A stretch of 63,890 nucleotides of DNA, the filler included, from Platydemus manokwari (taxonomy: Eukaryota): assembly GCA_037951405.1 (NCBI GenBank). It is 6 parts of 6 records of this genome, joined end to end, with 100 filler letters (N's around TTAATTAATTAA, not from the genome) between each part and the next. Parts side by side here need not be neighbours in the genome. Positions count along the whole stretch, not along the records: positions 20,544 to 29,343 come from JBBMOY011347871.1; positions 29,444 to 44,197 come from JBBMOY011400313.1; 4 more parts are not named here. One strand, written 5' to 3'. Both the position numbers and the translations under genes were made by a program. Of the stretch, positions 23,651-36,000 are shown in pieces. The notes under the pieces were generated by a model. It worked only from the letters and a program-made list of their open reading frames with translations. It searched no databases and was not told where the DNA came from. How positions within the stretch are numbered: position 1 is the first letter of the stretch; each line of letters opens with the position of its first letter.

Positions 23651-26600
23651 TTACACAATTTTTTCCGGTGTATCATAACTGTTCGGATAATGTTCCTTAT
23701 TATTTCTTAAAAAGTGATAATGTTTATCCATTTGGGATCGAATACGATTTGGTATTTCATCATAAACATCTTCGAACATCGTCAATGGATTCGGGAGATT
23801 GATTTTTTCCGCTTTTTCAATGGCTTGAATAACCTGGTTATTGTGAAAAATTTTCATGGATGTTGACCAATAATAAACTCACAAATTTACGAGTTTCTTT
23901 ACGCCACTGTTCTTCTTCTGCGTCACTCCACCATTTTTTATGAATGAGATAATTCTTAAATCGGAGAATAGGATTATCGTTTTTATCCCACCAACCAACT
24001 TCTTCGACAGAACGATACGCGAATCCATCATCACTAGTTGAATGGGCCCCAATACTAAGAATTATTTCCAAATATATAACAATTATCAATCCAAGCATTT
24101 ACCGATACGTCATTGTCTCGATCAGAACTGGTCTATTTTCACTTATACATAGATTTCTCGCAGCTTTAGTGGCATTGTAAACCGCAATAACATCATTACC
24201 ATCAACCCGAATGGTCGGTATACCATATCCGACACCACGAGATCCTTGGTAGTCAGATTTAAAAATTACTATCACTACTTAGAATTTAAACCTATCCCAT
24301 CCCCTCTATACTGCTCGTGTCCAGGTGTTGAAATAGCATAGCAATTATTCCTACACACTAAAATTACAGGACATTCCAAAGTTGCTGAGAAATTCATGGC
24401 AGCATGAGCATCACCAACCGATGAAGCTCCATCGCCGAAATAGCAAATTGTACATTTCCCATTTTGAGCTCTTTTAAATGCATAAGCAGCTCCAACAGCT
24501 AAAGTACATTATAAATGAAGCCCTTAGGAATGAGGAATCATGTATCACGTATGATTTTTAGACATATATATGTGTGTGTGTGTGCGCGTGTGCGTGAGAG
24601 AGAGAGAATATGTGTGATAGATATTGATATTCGCCATTATAATAATAAATTAAAAAAAACAAAAAAATTCATATTAAAAAAAATTTCGAAACAACACTTC
24701 AAGATTATAATTTCACTTTGGTCTTGAAATTAATTCGGTTTTGTCTTTTTACAAAGACAGATTGTTTGTGAAAAAACAAGTTCCCAGTAAGCAGAGATCG
24801 GATTTTACTCACAATACAAAATCACTCACAAACACAACCACTTTGCCACGTCTCAAAGAACGAATATATTCAATAAAAACAAAGCCAATCACAGAGAATC
24901 ACAGAAACTCATAAATATTTTTCACGATTTTGCACTAAGCTTAAGAGTACATTATTGGACACAATGTCACGATATCATTGCGTCACAATAAAGCAAATAA
25001 TTTAATTAAACATTATATAAACATTATAAGATAATTATCTATCCGAAAAATTATATTTATTATTGATTCCAAAAGAAGAATTGCCGACTTATTGATTATT
25101 TGTACTGAAGAAATTATCTTGCTCTCTGCATTTGGACAAATTTTGGAGAATATCAATCGTGAATTATATGAACTCCAATTCATTTTATCATTTAGTTAAG
25201 AAAATTTCCAATTCAATATTCGAACTGTACGGACAACCAGATTTTCTCTTTTACAGGAACAAGATTGTTTTGAAACAGTTGTGTGGCAAATCTTGAAAAA
25301 TATATAAGAAATCAAAACCACAACCTCTTCTGCTTTCATTTTTGTAATCAGCATGTACTAATTAAGTTCTACACAGGAGATAGTTTTCATCAAATTTTAG
25401 CTTATAGTTCACTGAAGAATCGATAAATTTGTAAACGAGTATATTTTAAATTTCATAGCTTTTAGATTCAATATATTTATAATTCATTTTATTTGAATTT
25501 ATTTCATCACTATTTTCAGCACTCCCGTCGCTGTTATTGAATCATTAATATAAACTATTGAATATAATCTGTACTATAATGACTTGATGAACAAAAACTT
25601 CCAATTATATACAATCTTTGGGCTCAGATTTTAACTAATTATTATATTGATTTATAATTGTTTTGGCAAAGATATTTGATTATCAACTGATTGCTTTACA
25701 CAATCTTTAACATCCAGGAGATAATCGATCGATTTACTGATCAAATCAATAGCTATCTTAACACATAATCCAACGATATATCAGTTTAGTAATACTTTAT
25801 ACTCATCACTTTCAGATAGCACTTCGAATCTCTCATTTAATGATTGGCGCATCAATGGATTCTAATTGTCGACCACTTTACATGGCTTCACTTTTCCAGT
25901 GTGATAAAAATTGAATACCGGATAACAAAAATGCTCAGATTTTTGAAAACCAATGAAATCATAAATATGAAATGATAAAAGTTCAACAGCACTACTTCAA
26001 TGGATAGCTCATTCGATACAAAAAATCAATGAAACTTCATACCGTGTGGCATTTGTGTGCCTAGAACAGAACTGATACTGAAAAAATTTAAGTTTTTGTT
26101 TCCATAATGAATCGGCATTTGTTTTCCTTTGCTTGTATCGAATTTGTTACCGTAACATTGGTTAAGCATTTCATCTAGAGTAAATCCTCTCCAAATTCCA
26201 ACACCAGCTTCTCTATATTGACAAAATATTAGGTCTTCTACAACGAAAAAATAAAATATAAAATTTACCTTAGTAATTAAGTTATAAATATCTTTAGAAA
26301 TTTGGTTATTGGAATCATTTTTAACATTTATATAATATTATCAATATTAATACAAAATATTAATACTATAATATAAAAAAGCATATTTTAAAATATAATG
26401 TATAACTTAATCATTCTAATATTAAAAATTCATAATAAGACATTACGAAATATTATAGTAAATTTCGTTGTATTTTCTTGGAGTTAACAAAAAAAACATA
26501 CATGTCATGACATAATTACGACTTTTGATTGGTTTGTTTCTGGAACCAAAATGATTCATAAAATTTGAAGTGTAAAATGTTATTTCCAGTACTCTCTTTC

Positions 26601-29235
26601 ACAAGAAAAATTAATCATTAATCATAAACGACTGCAGGACATATTTGTAAGTATAATATAATTGATTCTAAAAATCGATTTATTACTTGTTATCGTTTCT
26701 ATCCTTACGTGGATTAATGATAATATCTGCATGTAAATTATAGGTAATTTACTAGCTAATGTTTGATGATTTGGAAAATATTAATATGGTTAAATATTTA
26801 TATTATTATTAAATGATTTATGAAATAAAAATTTTGACCTGAATATTCAAGAATTGGAAATAATGGAAAATTAATGTAACTCCAGAAAAGGCTTTCAGTT
26901 TATAAGAATGTCCTTTATATAGGTTGAGCGATATTTACTTGGAAACATGATATCCAATAGGATTGCTTATTGAAAGAACAGAGTCAGGATTCGATTACTC
27001 TGAAGTAACAATATCTTATTTCATTACGGCATAATTTGATTGATAATTCTTATCGATTATTCGATATTAATTGTAGATAATTATGTTTATGTTGAATGTT
27101 TGTTTAGCTTAGCGTTGATTGCAATGATAAACTTAGGTGTTAAAATATCATAAAAAATAGTTCAATCAGATTCATATCAATATAATCATTCCAATAATTA
27201 AATGAACTACTAAATCTCAATAATATTATTTTCTAAAAAATTCTCTGTCAAATCTTGAATTTTGTCCTCTAAAATTATTGGATACCGTCGAGAGATTTCT
27301 GAAATGCGTTCTCCTTTATTTGGGATCTCATGCGTGATCAAATTATTAATCACAATCCTAATCGATAAGACATAAAAATTGAACCATTATCTTGTATAAA
27401 CAGCCTCATCGATATGTTATTACCATGATTGATAAATTCTTCAATACCAACTTTATTCTGTCTTGGTCAAAATGTTTCTAATCCTCATCAGCAGCACAAA
27501 TAAATTTTAAGCCTTCTACTCATATTCCACATGACTTCATCATATCATGAATCCCACAATATTTCAATATTTGTTCCATCTGATTCCTGATACATCTGCT
27601 AGGTCTACTCCTTCGTCCCGATATCCTTGATAACTTTTAATTAATCTCTAATCGATATATGTTCCTCTGACTTAAATCCACTGATAAAATAAAGGCAGAA
27701 AGTTGATATCAGATTCTCCTTATCCCCAAAAGGTAAACTGTTCGTATTATATGCTTCATTTTCTATGTGAACAAATTGCTGTCAAGTTTTTCAATTTTAT
27801 CTTTTATGTTTGTAAAGATTTCCAAGAGAACCATATCTCCATTTCTTCAATTATGATGGCTTCTCTTCAATAACTAAATTTATTTCATACATTGCTCGCG
27901 TCATCTCTCAGTAATATATCAAAAGCAAATGATATATTCCTCTGGTCATGGATTGACATGACAAAGATCGAAAATTCCAAGATCAACACCTTCAGAATTT
28001 CCTGAAGCAAACTGCAGAAAATATTTTACCCCCCCTGCTCAGCTCTAGTCAGAGCTTTTATTTCTGAATCCTTCCAGTAAGAACAATGTTTGAAGCCACT
28101 TTCAAACTCATTTAATTCAGCAGGCACAGCATTAAAACAACAACTGTTATTCACAATCAATATTTTTTAATATGTTTTGTTTTAATTCGTAATTATATTC
28201 TTGATATTTATTAATATTAATTATAAATTATATATTATTATTATTAAATTAATATTTAAATTTACATAATAATCACAATTTATATAGATTCTACGATTGC
28301 TGATTTTATTGTTGATATAGCAACAAATACCATGACAACAGATACCCACAATGAAGTGATGATTGATAATGAGTGAAATTGGTCATGAGTTCGAATCTGT
28401 CGATAAATAATTAATAAAAATCCTGGATTCCAGGACCTATCTGATACTGATGAATAAAATTGATCACGAAACCGGCCTATGAGTGGACCAATCAATAAAC
28501 TATCATAAATATTAAATATCATGGAAATATTATAACATCAGAATCAATGAGAGATAATAATAAGAGATATCAGTAACATCGACCAGTATAAATACTCGCA
28601 TCTGATTCGTTGATTATAATCAATAATTGAAAATTATTGCCTAAATAACGTCTGGTGGATATCTTTAACGAGAATGATGACCAGTATTTTATATTTGAAA
28701 ATTCGCTCGTAAAATATGACATTTCAATAACCTTTATCAATGGCAGCAGCGGAACCTATTTGCATACCTTCTTCTCCATAATGTGTCATATAAAATGAAA
28801 TTCGACCTTGTCGTTGAGAATCATACATAATTCTATCCATTGTATTGAGTAATGTCATTGTTTTTAACATTTTTAAAGCAAATTCTTTATCCACCTAAAC
28901 GAAATGTCCATAATGTACCCCAACAATACAAGCATTTTTTTTAAAAAAATAAACATTAAACCTGTAAATCATTTCCATTTTTTATTAATTGCCCATCTCG
29001 ATCAAGAACTCGATATACCGGAATTCCTTCAACATCTTGTGGAAATAGAAATTTTAATTCCGATGTATGCTCAGAATACGATTGCGAAAAGTTTGGAATT
29101 TTGTTTTCTGTACTAAATAAGCAACAACCCACCTTTAAGAACTGTGAAAATATTATATTGGACTTATAAAAATAGAATTACACGTTTTTCAAGAAAATTA
29201 TATTTTGCAAAAGAACTTAATCTATTTAAAAACAT
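23651..29235 (-). CDS. BCKDHA: Branched-chain alpha-keto acid dehydrogenase E1 alpha subunit, mitochondrial (431 aa); exons 29235-29182, 29141-28962, 28894-28732, 26237-26043, 24498-24292, 24244-24103, 24054-23883, 23833-23651
   Basis: All seven introns are GT-AG and phase-consistent (1296 nt total). Motifs [51 protein letters not shown]-binding GDGA..(N)[33 protein letters not shown]. The N-terminus resembles a mitochondrial presequence. Confidence 0.97.
24563..24615. repeat. Compound microsatellite (TA)n(TG)n(GA)n
   Basis: ATATATATGTGTGTGTGTGTGCGCGTGTGCGTGAGAGAGAGAGA. Confidence 0.9.
27300..28130 (-). mobile_element. Highly decayed non-LTR retrotransposon RT in BCKDHA intron 3
   Basis: Motif-like fragments in RT order on the minus strand: AEQGG (about 28040), ISFAFD (about 27925, cf. 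DxxKAFD), QGY (about 27625), ICAADE (about 27490, cf. YADD). No continuous ORF. Confidence 0.45.
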
Positions 29236-29343
29236 TTCATTTATTCTTTGTTATTTTTTTTAATATTCGTATTAATTAAACAAAATTAGGTTTTAGACTC
29301 GATATTCAGTGTACGCAAAAATTCTTAGTTTTAGTTTATATTT

Positions 29344-29443
29344 NNNNNNNNNNNNNNNNNNNNNNNNNNNNNNNNNNNNNNNNNNNNTTAATTAATTAAN
29401 NNNNNNNNNNNNNNNNNNNNNNNNNNNNNNNNNNNNNNNNNNN
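29344..29443. other. Artificial contig linker
   Basis: N44-TTAATTAATTAA-N44. Confidence 0.98.
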
Positions 29444-29900
29444 TAAATGTTTTTGAAGCTTATTTAAAAATACAATAAGTAAAATTATAAAAATTTGGGT
29501 TAAAAGATATTTTTAAAAATTTATAATAATAGTACATATAGCATATTAATATTTATAAAATGATCTTGCGTAAAAAATTAATGTTAACCTCTCAATTTTA
29601 TATTAAAATTATTTAAAGTAATAAAAGTAAAATATAAATATTTTAAAAAATAAGATGTAATATAAAAATGTGAGAATTTTTATAACTAAATTAAAAATGA
29701 AGAAAAATCAGTTAGAAAAAAATTTGTTTGAAAATTGATGTACTGACGAATGGAGTTTTTGTTCGGTTGTGAACATGACTTTTGATTTGAATATTAAAAA
29801 TGAAGACATTTCAGCAATCAACAGATATGAAGTAATAAAATTTACTTGATTGGTTAGAATGTTATCGAGGGGAAATTATTAATGAACGAGAATCACCAAA
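29444..29900 (+). repeat. Dispersed repeat (C-poor tract plus start of a decayed ORF), homologous to 43700-44125 and 1-220 (both in opposite orientation)
   Basis: AAAAATTTGTTTGAAAATTGATGTA matches the reverse complement of 15-39 with one mismatch. MTFDLNIKNEDISAINRYE matches MTFDLKIKDEEFLAINTYN (minus, about 43900-43845). Confidence 0.75.
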
Positions 29901-32900
29901 TGATTTGAATATGATGCAAATATTACAAAATAAAAAATATAAATTCACAAAGATGAATCAATAATTTTCACATAAATGAAGCTTAAAATTATTTAAACAC
30001 ATCAAAACGGCACGAATAGTACAAGATGTTATATGAAAGAGAATTAATAAAAGATATCTCAATTAAAAATAAAACAATAAAATATAAAATAATGGAACGA
30101 AACATATCTCTAAGAGAAATATCCAATAACGAAATCTTTCTGATAAAATCAACATCAATTTTCTTAAAAATTATACACCTTTATATCATCATTGCTGTTG
30201 TGCACTTTTGTGACCCTATGATTGAAAAGTTCAATATTTTGTTTCATCAAAACAGTCTCAACATTGCAAGTTGAGACAAATGTTGAGGCATTATTTATGA
30301 AAATAAACGCGTAGATATTTTCGAAATTTTTTTGACAAACAATTATTAAAGGACGCAGTGATGATGAAACTATTTTCATAACTAATATTAACGTGAACAT
30401 ATTTATCCGCTCATAATAAATATATTCCTTCACTAATTCATTAAATATTGACATTCTAACACTAATTGATTTGTCATTCCTACATGAAAACTCCATATTA
30501 TTCTGCCATAATTAATGAAAGCAAAGTCGGCACAGATATGAGGTCAAACATTATATAAACGTGGATTAATAATTTTATGTCATGATGACCCATTCAATAG
30601 ATTCTCTTTCATTTCAATATTCATGAAGTATCAAGATAATTGTAAAATCAATCTACAAGATATTCCAGGAAAGAGAAACTGCTTAATAAGAAAGAAATTG
30701 GTCCAATAAACCTATTACTATAGAAAGCTTGTGAGTTTGGATCGATCAACAACCTTATCTGTTCAATGGAATTTTTCTTGTGCCATTTCATTCGAGAACT
30801 TGTTTCTAAATTTTCCTAACTTCAACTTTAATTCAAATCCATTTTTCCGGCATGTTCTTATCAAATAATTCACACGACAAAAACACCAAAAATCTGCTTT
30901 GACGTTATGTTATATTAAAAATATTTATTATTGTATTGAATGAGCATAAATATCATCGTATATTTGTTTATCGATTGGGTTCGGAGAATTGAGAAATATC
31001 TCGATATATTAATAATCATATTTCTAATCTTATGCCAAATTATCGATCTGATGACGAAATGAAACCAATTATTAAAGATTGTTTTAACTGGTCTAATAAA
31101 TATTCCAACTAGGAACAGATCTGTTCTGATTTACATAAACGGATCGACATTTACATAATTATATTTATCGAATATTTTCATCTATTGATTTCATACAAGT
31201 TATTATTATTGCGGTTTCATTCAGATTGCCAGTATCGATATCCGAGCTGAAGTTGACAGAAAGAGATTATTTCATTTAGATCACATTGAAAAGAAAACTC
31301 AATAAAATTAAGTTATGGACATAAATCTTCAATATCGTGTATGATAGATTCAAATCAATAAATCCCCACCAATCCGACCAGAGAACAATAAATTTGTAAA
31401 ACTATATCCAAAATTATTTCACTAACACTATACCTATATTTATCGTATTTACAAGATACCGGCAAAGAAAAGAATCGACAAAAATAAGAAGAAAACACAA
31501 ATAGTGGTTTTAAAATTGTCAACAACAACAAATGAAACACTTTCTATTTTGTTTTATAATCGTTCAATAAAGGGTTTTTGTAAAACTGTGTGCCCGAAAC
31601 ATATTCCAAGTGTAGCCATGAAAGATTGAAAAAGTAGATAATATTGGAACCATGTTTTATCTCAATTCGACTGCACAATCCATTTGCAATGTACTGATAA
31701 CAGTATTATTTGATTGATAAAATATCAAATATATACACATATTCAAAACTGATAAAGTACATCAAGTTCTTTTTATGTGGTTTTACTACAACAATATGTT
31801 TTGATTTGTTAACGTTATTCCGCTATTAGCATATTTGTCTTGAATGAAAATAAGGGTTTAGATTAGATTAAATAAGCTCATTTATTGAAATATTAACATG
31901 ACCAATAATAACCTTAACGAGTAGGCTATTCAAACATTATTGGAAGATAGGCAACTTCAATGTCAAAAAACCGTATTATCTTTCACCAATCGTTACATCA
32001 TTGATTTAAAGATAGAAATATAACATTTCACTGAACATTAAAGCCCTTCAAAACATATTTAAAATAAAATATTTGATATTCTTAAATCAAAAAAGCCCTT
32101 TAAGTGCTTAAGTAAATAAATTTTTATTAATGTTGTTTGACCAATTATTATTATGAGTAAGAAATATGGATAAACTATTGATATTGGAGTACTTTCCTAT
32201 TAAGTCATATGGATCATATCTACTGTATCAAGGAGTTAGCCGGACATATTCGAAACATATTTTTATAAGCTTTTCTGCAATGCAAATAACCGTATTAGCA
32301 AACCTACACCATAAGATCAGTTTTCTGAAAAACATTTAGAATAAAAGATATATTTACGATTGTTAGCAATTTGTGTTTAGGACTTTGTGAGTGTTTTTCC
32401 ATAAATATTAAGCAGCTTTACTATTCGAAATAGTCCAATAGGTTACTTGAGATAAAAAAATCATCATCGTTATTACATAACATTTTATTGAATAATAATG
32501 ACAATTATATACTTCAGTTTCAAGAATCGTGAAATATATGAGACTCAATATATTATGAATCTATCAATTTAAAACAATATCGATTATATTTGTCAGTTCA
32601 ATACCGAGATATTCATTCATTGTATTTTATTTTCATTTATTTCAAACTAATAACTCCTAATCGAATCCCATTCATAACAAAACAAACCATTGCTTTGTGG
32701 AAGAACAATTAAAAATGGCCATAATGGCTGCTGTCATAAGCAATACATTTCGATTAAAACCACAACATTTCTTTTGTCAACATATTTCGAAAATAATTCC
32801 ATATTTATTGAGATATAAATTCACAATAAAAATTTTTTATTTATGAAAAAAAATTTATCCGCAATTTTAAATAACGATTAAAACAAAAAAAACATCCTGC

Positions 32901-33093
32901 ACGCTAGGCATAAATGTCAGACAATTCTGGCTTTCGGTATTGCCAAAGAGAATGATATGGGGAAAAAGATAAAAATGTTCAAATATCTCCCATTAAAAAT
33001 GTCCTCCATTCAGACAAATGACCGATAAATATTATTTCATTATCAGTAAACAATAATAAAAAACAATGTTTACAAATAATATCTACAACTTAC

Positions 33094-36000
33094 CAAGTGT
33101 CAAGTTGAATTAAATCGGGATCTACAATATTAAAATCGGCCTCTTGTGATTTGTTATTGGGCATATTTGATTCGACATTGGTATCGATTTTTGAAATAAC
33201 ATCTGTAGATTGAGTTTTTATTTTACTAGTATGAAGATCCTCAAATGTAAAATTGCTCATGTTCGGCTCTTCATCAACCGGTTTCGGATGACTCAACGTA
33301 AATGGCAATTCCAATGAAATATCACTGAAATTAAACGATTGACAATGAATAACGGTTTTCAATTATACAATATAAAAAGAAAAAAAGACAATTTCGATAA
33401 AAACCATGATTAATTGAAAAAAACTTGTCAATCCATTGATCGTTCGATTTGATTCGACAGCCACACAATTATTTCATTAGAAAAAATCCTTTAATTCCGA
33501 AAATAAAAAAATCGAGACAAAAAGAACGTCGCCACGTAATCATCCGATAATGTCATTTGGATAATTAAATGATTAAAATGGAATTTTTTACAAGGTAAAA
33601 AACATCTTTTCGCTTTATTAATTTTCATAATTAAATTGAATTTGCATGTGGCAGATAGGAAATTACAATCGATCAATTCTTTTAATATTTACCCCCTCCC
33701 ACACCCTATTAGTCAAAACAGAGACAAAATGGCACATCAAATGAGAATCAATAATATCTTCAATTGTTGCACCAAATATTTTCTCACGCGTGGAATTATT
33801 ATCAAATATGCTTACAATATTTCTCGATTTTTGTTTCAACTGGGAATTACTTATTTTTTTCAATTCTTTTTCCAGTTAAAATTGAAAATAAAAAGGAAAT
33901 CTCGTAATTTTTTCGCCTTATTACGAACAACTTTCCAACAGTGTCCAGTTTTTTTGTGCATGTGATAAAACAAATCGAAAACTTGACATTATTTATCACT
34001 GGAAAAATGAAAATTCATACGGTTAGTGATTAAAAATATTTTTCTTACACTCAAGTGATTTTAGATTATGGACTTACATAATAATAATAATTATCGAAAT
34101 TTATCAAGCTTGAACCTAAACGATCTGATTAATCGAATCTATTGATAAAAATATATTCTTATTGATAAAAATTCTTGTTGATAAAATGAAAATTCTTAGT
34201 ATATTACAAATAAAAAACCAAGCTATCATCCGTATATCAATATCGAAAAATATGTGAAGCCTTTTTCTTTGAATAAAAGCCCGGATTTGCACTAAACGTT
34301 TTAGAAACCGTATATAATGACAATTAAAAACGGCTTTACAAATCGTGAACATGTGTATCTGAATGCAACAGGAGTTAATACTTCCTTTTACTATGTGATT
34401 GAATAGGAAAAGAATTTACAATTACAATTTATCTCTATGATATAATCGCTGGTGTAAATATCGGATCGGTGTTTATCTAAAATATAGAATTGGAACGAGA
34501 ATCTTGTTCGATAGAAAATAATATTTATTTAACCAATAAAGAAAATATATAAATTGAGAAATATAAACATAACATTATTAGTCTGTAAATCTGATATGTT
34601 GAAAATAGGTCCACACACTTTTGCCAGCGTTCTGGAAGTGGTTTTAAACAATTATTCTATTATAAAATAGAAATTAAATATTTAAAAAAGGATTTAATGA
34701 TGCATTTAAGCTAAATATTTCTTCATAAAACATTGAAATTTGTAAAATTTGCAGACGATTGATGTTATGTTTATATTTCCAATTTACATTTTGTCTTTAT
34801 TGGTTAAATAATAATTAGTTTCCATCAAACAAGACTTTCATTCCAATCCTGCATATGTTCGATATACTGGATTATTATTAAGCGACATTAAAATTAACAT
34901 TTGTAAACAAATTACCACTTTTACTTATCAAAAACAACTCTATTTAATTCCTGAAAAATTATAACCTTATTTTCAAACCGGTACAAAGAAACTTCAATGT
35001 ATAACAAGTATTAACAAACAAAAAGGACTGATATTGTTAACAAATTTTAATAAATATTCCGTCTAAAATCCATACAAATTCATCAAAGAATTATTTAATC
35101 ATAAACGAATCATTATTCGAATAATAAATCACGGAAATACATTGATATGAACTAAAAGTATTTCAATACATTGTTACAGATCCATATTAACAGTTCTCAC
35201 AAAATAACAACAAATTCTTTAGACAATTCCATTTGTTCTTTCTCAATCGACATCATCTTTCACGGAAAAACATTCAAATACAATACCGTAGAAACGTATT
35301 AATGTTATAAACGATAAAAGACAAAATCAATATAGAATTGAAAATATTTGAGAAGATCAAACAAAAACCGATTCGATCATTAATATCAATCATAACGATA
35401 ACAAAATCAACATTTCTGAAATATTCTACATTTGTAGAATAATTATCACAACACTCTTGAAACACAGATCGATCATAATTCCAAATGATATCAAGTCATA
35501 AATTTATCGATAATAACCATTGTGAGAATATTAAAATTGGATTTTATATATAATTTTAATTTATACAGAATTTAATTTTGTATAGAATTATATTTATTTG
35601 TTTAGATAACTGCATTTAAATACATTTTTTATTATCGTGTCTTCAATTCGTTTTCGATGCGTGTTTTAAAAAATAGTGGCGGCTAACAATCATACCAAAC
35701 CAGTTGTTGATTGAAGATAATTTTAGTATGGGCAATATTAACAATACACCAGAGTTAAATTATAGAAAACTTACACCATAATGTCGATCAAAAATTGCAA
35801 TATATTCAATTATAAGCTCATCAAATATGCCCAGCATTTTCGTTGGAAACATACATCAATCAGTCAACATAAAAAAGCATACAAAAAATGTTCCATATCA
35901 AACAAATGAACTTGTTGAAATGTTGAAAAACTAAATAAATGTATTATCAAACATCTAAATTTAACAATAGAAAATTGTGATAATCGAAAAGCAACGAAAC

